Notes under the pieces: generated by a model | What the model was told of the DNA's origin: nothing | Database searches by the model: none | Seen by the model: the letters and a program-made list of their open reading frames with translations, nothing else | Position numbers and translations under genes: made by a program | Origin: a virus | DNA length: 64,000 bases | Direction: 5' to 3' (one strand) | Virus record (IMG/VR): IMGVR_UViG_3300044647_001784 | Span: 1 to 64,000 of that record | In this document: positions 16,504 to 27,300 of the stretch, piece by piece | How the letters are laid out: every line of letters starts with the position of its first letter | How positions within the stretch are numbered: position 1 is the first letter of the stretch

Positions 16504-19268
16504 CTTGACTCCAATTCAAGAACTTTAGACTGAAGAGACACTATTTCTTGCTTCATTTCTTTAACTAACGGTATTAATAAAGCTGATATAAACCACGGAT
16601 CTTTTAAGGATGTGGGTTGGCCATTTAAATTTCTTTGAACAAAATATCCAAGTCCAGCATCTTCTAGGTCCTCCACAATAAAACCAAACATCTGTGTTCC
16701 CTTAATAAGGTCATCAACTTCATCAGAATCAGTTTTATAGTTATAAAATGCTGGAGAAATATCTAGCACTCTATCATAGTATCTCTTTGGTGTATATGCT
16801 ATGTTTTCTTTGAATCTTCTTGATGAGCTGTCAATAGTTCCGTTTCTAATCCATCTAACATCTCTTGCTCTTAAATCGTTAGTAATTTCTGCAGCATATA
16901 CTAAATTTCTGCTTGTATCTACAGCAATTCTGTTTACGTCATCCTTAGTGTTAACTCTAAATGATGCATTGGCTGACCCGTATGGGTTTCCAATTCTCAT
17001 TCCGTAGTCCCCGCTAGTTCCTCCAAGATCAATTGATCCAATCAAAACCTTGTTACCAAAAATAAGTCTTGGGTTTACGTCTAGCTTTGCAGTAAAATCT
17101 GTACCACCTGTTAGTGTAAAGCCACCAATAACTCCAGACGTTGCAGTTACTGCTCCAGTAAATGATCCTGTTGCTGCACTAAGCGTTCCAGCAAATGTCG
17201 CGGTTCCATCTGATAAAATTGAGAATGTTGGTACGCTGTTCTTGTATCCAAAAAGTCCAGTGCCAGTAAATTTTAATCCGCTATTTGCGGAACCACTAAA
17301 TATTTCAAGTCCAGTTGCGTTTGCTGTAATTTTATTATCTACTGCGTTTTGAACTATCAATGAAGATGCATTTAATTTAGTTCCCAGATCAGTTGTTTTT
17401 GCAAATGTCGTATCTCTTCTAGATGTCCAAGAGGATCCTGTCCATGTTTTTAATTCATTTCCGCTTGCTGTAGATGTATCTATCCATATGTCTCCAACTC
17501 TATTAGCAGTAGGTGCGGTAGTTCCAACAAAAGTTGTGTTCTTTGTAGCTAAACCAGTAGATATAGTTCCAACGCTATTAGATAATGTTGTGACGCTTGT
17601 GTTCAATGTTGAAACAGTGCCTTCTGCTGTAGTAAGCCTTGTATTTATTCCAGTTGTTGTTGCGGTGGTTGCATATCCGTCTACAGTTGTATTCGATCCA
17701 AGCACAGCACCAGCTGCATATAGCGTTCCATCTACTCCTACTCTAAACTTAGCATTTGCATCTGGAGTGTTGTTTCCTGCCCACATAACAAAACTTCCAG
17801 AAGATTTCAGATAAACACTTTGAGCTGCTGTTGATCCAACTTGAATTTGTCCAGCACTATCTAGTATTATGTTATTTTTAGATAAGGTTGTATTTGTTAT
17901 ATTCCAGCTACCTATGCTTCCTGCATTTGCTGTAATTGTTCCGTTTGCTGCAGACAAAGTCACTGAGTTGGTGCCATTTGCAACTTTAAGACCAGTTGAG
18001 TTTAGTGCAAATCCGTTGCCAGTTAGATTACCAGTGGCTGTATCAATTGTTCCGCTATATATTGCTGAGCCTTTCCCTCCACTTGGATTAGACATAAATA
18101 TGTTTCCGCTAAATGTTCCGCCTTTTGCATTAATATCTCCATCTATAGTTAGCTTAGCCCCGTCCCACAAAAGATAATTTGAAGTTGGTCCACCAACTTT
18201 AAATAAAGCAGATTGGTTAGAGTCTATGTGCCAGTAGTTACTTGCATTAAATAATAGTCCTCGTTTGCCAGTTTCTATTCCATATCCAAATTTAAAGGCA
18301 GTTGAATCTGCATCGCCAGCATTTGCTTTTGCTCTAAAAAATCCACTGACATCTACTGTGCTTGCAATATAAGGGGTTCCACCAACAGTAACATTTGTTC
18401 CAGCAACATAGCTAGACGATGTGTTGTTGTATTCATCATATGTTGCAACTGCTATTTCATAAACCAAACCTGCACCTAATCCCGCAAGCCTGTATGAAGT
18501 TCCAGTTCCAGGAGAGTCCGCATATGAGTAGCTTGACTCTGGAGTAGTTATTGGCCTAAATCTTATTCTATATCCACGGATTCCACCTCCAGTAACTGCT
18601 GGCCATGATATGTTTGCGTATCCGTTAAATCCTACAATTCCTGTGGTGTCTAGTCCGCCAGATGTGTTTACAGAATCAACGTTTCCTGGACCAGTTACAT
18701 CTACTACAATTGGGTCAGTTGCTTTAAATGGACCAGAGATAACGCTTTTTTTTCGATAGTCTTGATCTCTAGTATCTACACGTATCCATCTATTATTTGT
18801 ATCAGATACTAATATTGTTGCAGAGTTACCATTTCCATTCCAAACTAAATATTCTTCTCCTGCAAATGCTCCAGTTAAGCTTTCGTATATTTGTATATCA
18901 ATTAGCCATTTATTTTCAGGTAATGATTTATCAATTAGATCCCACTTAACTCCATAAGATAATAGTCCAGGTGTTACAACTAAATTTGTGACTGGTCTAG
19001 TTAAATCAGGTGTCGCCAAAGTAAAAGTAAAGTTTGGAGAACTTGGTCCAACTATTGTCTCTGAAGTGTTATCTGGATCTTCATACAAGTACGCAAAGGC
19101 CATCTTATAGACCGCACCTTGGACAACATTGAATCCTGATTTTTGTACTGTGAATGAGCCTGGAGTTTTTTTATTTGCATTTGCTGCTGCATCCGCATCT
19201 GATCTCTCTTGGTCTGCTGGTATAGTCTCTCCGCCGCCATCATGAGCCTGAATCCATCTGAATGACAT
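16500..19268 (-). CDS. Tail fibre/spike with FN3 domains and C-terminal intramolecular chaperone (peptidase S74-like)
   Basis: FN3 signatures (ISWPAV...YRIRFRP...LGAGLVYEIAV), Gly/Thr beta-rich body, SSRRFKENI, GFIVEDL and a terminal coiled coil. Confidence 0.8.
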   Translation of the reverse strand: MSFRWIQAHDGGGETIPADQERSDADAAANANKKTPGSFTVQKSGFNVVQGAVYKMAFAYLYEDPDNTSETIVGPSSPNFTFTLATPDLTRPVTNLVVTPGLLSYGVKWDLIDKSLPENKWLIDIQIYESLTGAFAGEEYLVWNGNGNSATILVSDTNNRWIRVDTRDQDYRKKSVISGPFKATDPIVVDVTGPGNVDSVNTSGGLDTTGIVGFNGYANISWPAVTGGGIRGYRIRFRPITTPESSYSYADSPGTGTSYRLAGLGAGLVYEIAVATYDEYNNTSSSYVAGTNVTVGGTPYIASTVDVSGFFRAKANAGDADSTAFKFGYGIETGKRGLLFNASNYWHIDSNQSALFKVGGPTSNYLLWDGAKLTIDGDINAKGGTFSGNIFMSNPSGGKGSAIYSGTIDTATGNLTGNGFALNSTGLKVANGTNSVTLSAANGTITANAGSIGSWNITNTTLSKNNIILDSAGQIQVGSTAAQSVYLKSSGSFVMWAGNNTPDANAKFRVGVDGTLYAAGAVLGSNTTVDGYATTATTTGINTRLTTAEGTVSTLNTSVTTLSNSVGTISTGLATKNTTFVGTTAPTANRVGDIWIDTSTASGNELKTWTGSSWTSRRDTTFAKTTDLGTKLNASSLIVQNAVDNKITANATGLEIFSGSANSGLKFTGTGLFGYKNSVPTFSILSDGTATFAGTLSAATGSFTGAVTATSGVIGGFTLTGGTDFTAKLDVNPRLIFGNKVLIGSIDLGGTSGDYGMRIGNPYGSANASFRVNTKDDVNRIAVDTSRNLVYAAEITNDLRARDVRWIRNGTIDSSSRRFKENIAYTPKRYYDRVLDISPAFYNYKTDSDEVDDLIKGTQMFGFIVEDLEDAGLGYFVQRNLNGQPTSLKDPWFISALLIPLVKEMKQEIVSLQSKVLELESR

Positions 19269-20155
19269 TATAGAAACCCTAAATTGATTTTATATTCTAT
19301 GTCCATCTCTACTCCCAAAACCTTTACTATTGGGCTAGAAAGAACTGATCTGCTTATAAGTCCATACTGCGGATTATATCTATCGTCATCATTAAGTCTT
19401 AGTCCATCTAAAAGCACTGTCGTAGAGACAGAAGTTTTGGCTTTTGCTCCAACCTCAATCTTTATTATGTTAGCAAAGTCTGTTGTTCCAGCTGAAGTAA
19501 ATGCTGAGTTAAAAAGATTTGACAACTTAGTGGTTAATACCTTATGCCCAATAGACGTGGCTCCAGCAAATCTAACCTCTTTGTAATTAGAGGCGGAGCT
19601 ATAAAATCTTGCGTAAACATAATCTAAGTTTAAATCAGATTGGTAAAATGCAAAACTTATGCTGTCATCTACACCGTATCCAGAAATATCAAATATAGTA
19701 TCTAGGCTATACGATTTAGACCCACCGCTAACAGCAGATACGGTAAAAAATGAAGATCCTATTTTTGGAGTTGGAATTGAAACTGTTGTTGGTGGGTTAC
19801 CAGCACTGTCAAGCCAAGAAGATGCATTCTCAAATGAAGATATATATTTTGAAGAGTAGTCTGTGTTTTGAGCAAAGGCTGTAGGAAAGATTCCAATTTC
19901 TGAAATAATGCCTTCTGTATCTGTTGGTAAAGTAGACTTATACACTACAGCATAAGTTGTTTGGCCAGTAGAGGTATTTGTCTGTATGTCTATGCTTCCT
20001 AAACTTACTCCAGTTCTATAAAATTCAAATTCCAAGTCTGTGTCGTTTACGGTTGCTGGTGTTGAGCCTATGCCTATTGCAATATCTTTTTGATTAAAGT
20101 TAAGGCCATTTGCTAAGTAAGAAGTAATAAATCTTTTACCAAATTTTGTTATCAT
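19268..20155 (-). CDS. Minor tail/baseplate protein
   Basis: MITKFG...IAIGIG...DTDLEFE...ISEIGIF pattern; located in the tail-tip cluster. Confidence 0.65.
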   Translation of the reverse strand: MITKFGKRFITSYLANGLNFNQKDIAIGIGSTPATVNDTDLEFEFYRTGVSLGSIDIQTNTSTGQTTYAVVYKSTLPTDTEGIISEIGIFPTAFAQNTDYSSKYISSFENASSWLDSAGNPPTTVSIPTPKIGSSFFTVSAVSGGSKSYSLDTIFDISGYGVDDSISFAFYQSDLNLDYVYARFYSSASNYKEVRFAGATSIGHKVLTTKLSNLFNSAFTSAGTTDFANIIKIEVGAKAKTSVSTTVLLDGLRLNDDDRYNPQYGLISRSVLSSPIVKVLGVEMDIEYKINLGFL

Positions 20156-20532
20156 ATTATAATAGCCCCTTTTACAATATCTCCTACGCTGTTTTTTACT
20201 TCAAAGGTGACTCTGAGAAACCTATTGTTGTTTGAGTCATAGTATATTTCTGGGTCAGTAATTATTGATCCAGAAGAATATCGTTTGCCTGTTTTACCTA
20301 TAAGAGTAATGTCTTCTAGATTTGGAGCCAGAACTGGTTCTGGCGGTGGCTCTGGAGGTCCATCAGAACCTTCTTCTGGAACATAAGTCTTATCTACCTG
20401 GTTTGTATATAGATTTACAAGATCGTATTGATCTGTTTTTAATATACCAATTAGGGGTGAGTCTAGTGGTAGCTGGACTTTGATTCCACCAGCTATTTGA
20501 GATTTTCCTATTTTAGGATTTTTTCTAACCAT
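20152..20532 (-). CDS. Minor tail-region protein with Pro-rich linker
   Basis: GPPEPPPEPVLAP; own TGGTAGAAT-6nt-ATG promoter. Confidence 0.6.
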   Translation of the reverse strand: MVRKNPKIGKSQIAGGIKVQLPLDSPLIGILKTDQYDLVNLYTNQVDKTYVPEEGSDGPPEPPPEPVLAPNLEDITLIGKTGKRYSSGSIITDPEIYYDSNNNRFLRVTFEVKNSVGDIVKGAIII

Positions 20533-20552
20533 ATAAAGATTCTACCATTTCA

Positions 20553-23500
20553 TTAAACATAAATCGACCTGCATGTTATTCTTGTAGATGGGTCAGAGCT
20601 ATAGGCCTGCTCTATGTCCAAAACTATATACTTACCTGCCGTTTTGCCTGTATCCTCTGTAGAATATACTAAGTTATTAGGATAAGATATTTCGACAATA
20701 TCTCCTATTTCAAGTATTGGGTTGGGGAAAATATCAAGGGTCAGAACAATCTGTTGCTTTGACCACTGGGTTCTCATCCATTCAGATAATTTTTTTGCCT
20801 CTTCTTCTCTTTGTATCCATGTAGACTCAAAGGCTACTTGCTCATCATTTTTAGTTGAAGAAAAGTCTGGGTCTATGTACTCAAATGGATCCAGTGTTGT
20901 TATTGTTTCTCCGACAACAATAAAGCTTTTTTCTCCTCCGTCTGCTATATCAACAAATGCTCCTGTGTTATTTAATATGTAGGCATCTATTCCAAACGAG
21001 GTTGCATCGTGCCCTATAAGTGTAACGTTTGGATTTAAAATTATTTGAGGATATTTAACAAGACCTGGCCTTGTTGAATATTTAGTCGATATTTTTTTTA
21101 TCTCTCTTGCCACTGGCCCAAATTCTTTTATCCATGGGGCTTTATAGGAAGATTCGGCACCAGAAAAAACAAAATCTCCAAATAAGTTCTGCAAAGAGTT
21201 TGATGCTGAAATATATGAGCCATAGTTATCGTACGAGTTAGAAGAGTTAAATTCATTTTTAGTTAAAGAAGAGCAGTATGCATAGTCAAAGGCTGCCTCT
21301 CCTTCAATTCCAATAAGTGAGATCTTTGAGTTTATTGCTATAGGGGATTCATCAGTTGCCGTAATGAGTTGATTATTAAATTTAATTTTAAATATTTTTT
21401 TACCAGTTGTGGCCTTAGACACCTTAACGTCTATTCTATAAAATCTTCCTCCAGAAACTCCAGTAATTGAATTGTCTTCAGCTGTTTGTGTGTCTGTTAC
21501 TTTTGATTCTTTACCGTCTACAAGTTTCCAAAGTTGCACATCTCTGTATCCCAATCCTTTGGTTGCAACGTTCTGTGAAGTTGAAATTTTTAATATGTAG
21601 CCATTTAAATTACTAGCGTCCAGCCCTATGCCTAGTGCAGCAGATACCGCTTGCTCTCCAGTTACTCTTCCAAAAGAATTTCTTGCAAGCTTGAAAAACA
21701 ATGCTGTTCCTACTGAAAAATATTCTTCTGTAGACATGTTAACGGTATCTGGAGTAATTGATGCACAATAATATTCTTTAGATGCTGGGGGGACAACAAT
21801 GTGAAGTAGTGATCTTGACACTTCTACTTCTTTTACTATTGGGCCCTCTGATTGCTTTTCCTTCTGCTTTAATGTAAATACTGATTGATCTGCAACATTT
21901 GTTTTTGCAGAAAGATTTAACCTAGATCCAAACCATTCATTTTTTAACTTATCAATCTCTACTTTGTGCTCTTCTCCAACACCAACTCCCTTACCAGTAG
22001 CATTGAATGAATTTCTTTCTTTGATTCTATATCTTAGAGTTGATTTAAAAGAACCCAGTACGCTTTCTCCCAACCACTTTGCTATATCTGAATCAGAAGT
22101 TATCCATTTATACTTGATTGTATTTGGCGCAGAAATTGGTTCATACTGAAATTCAATTGCATCGTATTTAATTATTTCATTATTTATTAAAAAATATCCA
22201 GACTTATTATAAAAAGATGTGTCGGCCAAAGAACTGTACACGCTTATTGGTGCAAGTGATACCACTCCTAATGGGGTGTCTTCTGTAACAGGTGGTGTTG
22301 CTAATAAAGTATTCTGTAAGGCGGCTGCACCAATTGCAGAAGGTGGAGAGACATAAAGGTTGTCTGAAGAACCAGAGTAGTTTGTACTTATTATTGGTGA
22401 GTAAATTACTTTAACTGCTTTAACTGAAGGCACAGTTTCTTTATTCATAGAAATTATATTAGGCAGATTTAATAATTTTTTTTCGCTTCTAAACTTAAAA
22501 CTAGCTTCTCTTGTTTTATCAAATAGGTAGTCTCTGGGATAGAACTGAAGTATGTCGTTGTTATCAAATGTAGCTATCATTTGAGTGTCTCTGCATAAAT
22601 CCTGTATATGTTCCCAGACTGTCTTTGTGTCTTCTGTATACCAAAATAAAGGGACTATGGTAGCTGTATCGGCTAAGTCTGTGCTATCTTTATTATATGT
22701 ATTAAAATTATATGAATTAAATCCTATGCCGTCTAATAGCCTTCTAATAATAGCTTGTGATGGAGCATTTTGAATTACAATATCTGGAGCTAATATTTCT
22801 TGTAAAAATTTAGCTCCGTCTAGGCCTTGTATATCAATATCTCCAAACTCAGATAACATGAAGGAGTCCATATAAAATACTCCCTGAAAAATCATGTCTG
22901 ATCCTATTTTATTAAATGGCATTATCTTAACGTTTTTATACAAATTAATATTGTTTTTATTAAATGCCAAAGTTTTATCATACTCTACTCCCTTTTTATC
23001 AAATCCCTCCAGGGATAATGACAAAGCATTTGCTGTTACTGATCCTACTGGAACAATTCCAGATGAGTCGTCGGAAGACATTTTTGAAGCCTGAAAAGAA
23101 ATTACTCTGTCAGAAACATCCTGTATGTATCTTGCTCCTATTTCAATAACTCCTAGGTATGAGTTTGCCTTGCTAATTGTGTTTACTGTTACAGTAATGT
23201 TCTTAATATCTACTGGAACTGATGGCGTTGTAAATTTTGTAGTTGACCATGAAGATGGGCTTGACCATAGTCCTCCGTTATAATAAAGTTGAAATACTCC
23301 TGTATCACTACTCGATACAACTGTATTTGTAAATATAGTGGCTTCTACATCCTGATGGTTTTTTATTTTAATTGACCAACTGACTGGCTTTGAGTATGAA
23401 GTCTCAAATTTAACAACTATAGTATTTGCTACAGCTGTTTTTACTACTGGATACTCTACAGTAATATTACAGTTAGGTAGAGAAAGGTTTTCTGCTGGGC

Positions 23501-23885
23501 CAGCCAAAAAGTATTTATACTGATTCTTTGCACTAGCAAAATAAAGTCTGGAAGGTAGCTCCTTTGAAACATTATATTTTGGTATGGCAACTGGTACCAT
23601 TTTGTTTAATAAAAAATAGCCTATGCCTGCAGAAGAAGGTCTTCTTGGATCTATTATATTTGTTAGCGGAAATAGTTTTTTATATGGGTAATATTCTTTT
23701 CCAGAAGTAGTAGTTTGTTTTATTTTAAGATCGCCTTCTGGATTTTCATCGGTTCCATTTGGCCCTCTTACTTTAGCACCTAAAATCAAATCGTTCATAT
23801 TATATTCTAGCCAGCATCCGCCCGACATTGAATAGGATACAGACTGATTAATTAAATTTAAGGTTGATGGGCTTACGGTTTGCAT
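20553..23885 (-). CDS. Large minor tail (tail tip/hub) protein
   Basis: About 1110 aa, second gene after the tape measure; GVFYMD and C-terminal PILEIGDIVEI. Likely start MQTVS at 23885. Confidence 0.75.
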   Translation of the reverse strand: MQTVSPSTLNLINQSVSYSMSGGCWLEYNMNDLILGAKVRGPNGTDENPEGDLKIKQTTTSGKEYYPYKKLFPLTNIIDPRRPSSAGIGYFLLNKMVPVAIPKYNVSKELPSRLYFASAKNQYKYFLAGPAENLSLPNCNITVEYPVVKTAVANTIVVKFETSYSKPVSWSIKIKNHQDVEATIFTNTVVSSSDTGVFQLYYNGGLWSSPSSWSTTKFTTPSVPVDIKNITVTVNTISKANSYLGVIEIGARYIQDVSDRVISFQASKMSSDDSSGIVPVGSVTANALSLSLEGFDKKGVEYDKTLAFNKNNINLYKNVKIMPFNKIGSDMIFQGVFYMDSFMLSEFGDIDIQGLDGAKFLQEILAPDIVIQNAPSQAIIRRLLDGIGFNSYNFNTYNKDSTDLADTATIVPLFWYTEDTKTVWEHIQDLCRDTQMIATFDNNDILQFYPRDYLFDKTREASFKFRSEKKLLNLPNIISMNKETVPSVKAVKVIYSPIISTNYSGSSDNLYVSPPSAIGAAALQNTLLATPPVTEDTPLGVVSLAPISVYSSLADTSFYNKSGYFLINNEIIKYDAIEFQYEPISAPNTIKYKWITSDSDIAKWLGESVLGSFKSTLRYRIKERNSFNATGKGVGVGEEHKVEIDKLKNEWFGSRLNLSAKTNVADQSVFTLKQKEKQSEGPIVKEVEVSRSLLHIVVPPASKEYYCASITPDTVNMSTEEYFSVGTALFFKLARNSFGRVTGEQAVSAALGIGLDASNLNGYILKISTSQNVATKGLGYRDVQLWKLVDGKESKVTDTQTAEDNSITGVSGGRFYRIDVKVSKATTGKKIFKIKFNNQLITATDESPIAINSKISLIGIEGEAAFDYAYCSSLTKNEFNSSNSYDNYGSYISASNSLQNLFGDFVFSGAESSYKAPWIKEFGPVAREIKKISTKYSTRPGLVKYPQIILNPNVTLIGHDATSFGIDAYILNNTGAFVDIADGGEKSFIVVGETITTLDPFEYIDPDFSSTKNDEQVAFESTWIQREEEAKKLSEWMRTQWSKQQIVLTLDIFPNPILEIGDIVEISYPNNLVYSTEDTGKTAGKYIVLDIEQAYSSDPSTRITCRSIYV

Positions 23886-24337
23886 TATACTTCTTCCAGT
23901 GCGATAGATAGGTCCCAAAATGCTTGTGCAGTGTCCGCCGCATTTTCTTTAACATTTCTTCTTACCATAGTTGCTGAGCATGAAGTAAATGAGGCAAGGA
24001 AAGTTTCTGTTCTTGTAGAATTATATGCAATTTTTACATTAAATGTGCCTTGTCCATGAGCACTTAAATAAAAGTTTTTTATATCTTCTGCTCCCCAGTA
24101 TCCATCTACGGTCATAGAGGTGTATGAAGGGACCATGCTCCAGGAGGTAGAGACTGTCTTCTTATCGGCTATAAACAGCTTTCTAAGGCTTCCATTGGCC
24201 ATCCTAGAAGTCTTCTCGAACCTTTGTGTTTCTACTACTATGGGGCTTCTGTTATGTTCAGTTAATGAATGGAAAACGCCAGCAGCGTCTTGCACAAACA
24301 AAGCTGCTCCTGCTGGTAAAACTAAAGCCGTTGCCAT
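23885..24337 (-). CDS. Distal tail-like protein
   Basis: Directly follows the tape measure; RMANGSLRK...WSMVP pattern. Confidence 0.65.
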   Translation of the reverse strand: MATALVLPAGAALFVQDAAGVFHSLTEHNRSPIVVETQRFEKTSRMANGSLRKLFIADKKTVSTSWSMVPSYTSMTVDGYWGAEDIKNFYLSAHGQGTFNVKIAYNSTRTETFLASFTSCSATMVRRNVKENAADTAQAFWDLSIALEEV

Positions 24338-27300
24338 TATATATTCTTCCCCTGTCCAACCATTTTAACATTAACCTTAGCCTTTTGTCCAATAACTGCT
24401 TCTGCTTTGCGAACAATTATATTGGATAGGGCCTCTACATCCATTCCATCAGATGCGTATATGTTTTGGTTAACAGTATAAGATGCTCCAGATGAACCTT
24501 CCCCTCTTATGCCAAATGAAGGTCTATCAAAATTATATCTAGGCATTGCCGCCTCTGGATTAAATGGATTCATTGTAGCAGGTATTATAGACTCATTTTT
24601 ATGAATCAGAGCTAACATATCTTGTGGAACTACATTAATTCCATCTTTAAATTTAGGAACATTTAGTTTTCCATTACTAATATATCCGCCTGTAGCAGCG
24701 GATGTTGAATTATGTATAGCTGGCCAGATTCCTTCTAGCAGTGGTTTAAAAGATTTTCCATATTTTTCATACTGCTCTATAAATCTTTCAAGAGTAGAAG
24801 GCAAAAATTCATCAAGAACTCCATGGGTTTTTATAAGTTCTGATTTTGGCAATATATTTTTTAATAGCTTTATACGGTTTTCTGGGTCTAGCGTGGCAAC
24901 AACGGCATGGAATGTGTCGGAATTTGTTAGCTTTCCGCCAGTATGAACAATGGTGTCCATTAACCATTTTGGACCACCTTTGCCATTTACGGCAAATGCT
25001 TCGTTTAAATATTCTCCCTGGAATAATGATAGCCTGTCTATTAACGCTTTGCTAAGCCTTGCTACGCCTGGGACCCTTTCTCCAGCTAGCATATCCCTTG
25101 CTTCTTCTCTTGACATTTTTAAAACATCAATAAAATATTTTTCTACAGCCGCATAACCCTTTTTGTTTTGTGACCATAGAGAAGGAGCTCCGCCTCGCAT
25201 GTCCCATACCTTTGACATGTCTTCTGGGACTCTAAATAAAGTTTTCCATAACGATCCGCCTTTTTCTGCATTTTTACCTACTGCATACTCTCTTGCCATT
25301 ATTTTTTCTACAGTAGCAAATAAATCAAAATTAAATATGTTTCCGCTTAAAGAAACATTTTTAGAAGATGGAGTTAGTCTATTTAAAAGATCTTCTGGTA
25401 AGTTTCCTCCATGATAAAAATCTTGTTTAAAAAGTTCTTCTAATGAAAGGTCTAGCCCTAGGCCTGTGTCGGCTGTAGTTTTGCTCATATTCATCTTTTT
25501 TGCTGATCTTAGTGCTTGAATACTTCCTACGGGGGTATATCTGTAAAGAAAATCAGATATCATTTTTGGTGAAAATTTTAAAAGTTTCTGTGAGATATTT
25601 TCTTTTGAGAACATTGAAGTTAATTTACCAACTCCATTTTTTAATGGAGTCATGACTGGGTTTATAAATTTATTTTTCATTGCTGCTGCGGCCTCTCCCA
25701 ATGCTTGCATGGGATGGAGTTTAGATGGAGGCAAGTTTGTAAACCAATCATCATCATTTGCAGGCCCTGGTGGAGCACCTGATCCGCTTCGCCTTGGTGG
25801 AGGTGGCCTATTAACTATATCTTCAAAATAAGACTTTCCAGTTGTTGATGTATAGTCAAAAGCATTTTTAAACTTGCGAATTAGACCTTCTGGTTTAAGG
25901 CCTATTGCTTTATATAAATTATTTTGAAGTGGCTTTACTTTACCTAAAGTGTTCCAGGTGACTAATTTTAACAGATCCTTTCCAAGAGACGGTATTTTGC
26001 TAAGCGCTCTAATTAAAGGTGCGCCAAGTGAAGATGACTGTTTTGCTACATTTGCTGTCGGATTTGCAAGTGCCGATCTGGCAGACCCCATTCCAAGAAA
26101 GTTGAGTGGGAAAAGTATTGAACTTAGAGTATCTCCTGATTCAGCCTGTCCAGCCATTTTTCTTAATATTGATCCAGCACCAAGAGCGTCTGCTTTGTTG
26201 TTTGATGTCATGAAAGATGGAAGCATTCCTGCTGCTTCTTTTTGAGATTTTGTTAGCTCTGATACATATCTTTGGAACCAATTTTGTTTTTCTGGAAGAT
26301 TTCTTCCGTGCCTATGCCCAACTGGTCCACCCTTGTGGAACAACAGTGGGCCAAACCCATATGCACCGTTTCCAGAAAAGCCCATAGAGGCTCCAGATCC
26401 TGCTAAACGCATTGGATCTTTATCAATACCCATTCCTGGACCACGATATTTACTTGGCTGCTCAGCCATCTGATGCCAGTAATCTGATTGTTGTGGTGTC
26501 TTTCCAGTAAATTTAAGTCCTGGAATTTCTGTTCCGCCCCAGATGTCTTTACCCTTTGAAGGATTGTATCTTAGCTCTCCCCACCTTCCAGTGCGTGGAT
26601 CTCCAGTTGGCTTTCCGTTGCTCCAGTAATCTGGAAGATCAGGACGCCATGGGAAAAATGGAAGCTGCTGTTTTTGAGGCTTCTGTTTACCTACTGGGCC
26701 ACCTTCTGCTCTTCTAAGGGCTTTGTGCAAAGAATCTACGGCGTCTGGTCCACCAGCTGCATCTACAGCCTTTGCACTAAATACATATTCTCCATCTGAA
26801 AGCATTGCTGGAATTGAATCTGATGTTGCGGTACCTGGACCAGATACTTTTCCGCCTTCATGTAAAGCGGGGCCCTTTGGAGCTGGCCCAGTCCAAATTG
26901 GAGTTCCGCCAGTAGTATTTTGTCTATATCTTTGGCCATCAACTATAAATGTTTCTCCTGGCTGAAGGTCAAGTCTCTTTCTAATAGCGTCACGAGCTTG
27001 TGCATTCAGAACTTGTACTTTTTTGCCATCATACTCTTTAGTTTCTTTGCTGTCAGAATAATCACCAGTTACCTTAATGTTTTCTCTTAGTGCAGGTTTT
27101 CCATTTATTCCCTTGACTGCATCAACAACATCTTTTAGAGTTGCTCCGTCACCTAATGCTTTTACAAGAGCCGTATTTACTCCTGTAGCAGCACCAGATT
27201 TTGCTAGAAGCTCTAATGCGTTTTCATATGGGGCAATTGGAACCTTTTCTGTAACCAACATGCTGCCATTATAATATGTTCTTTCTTTATACTTTGGCAT

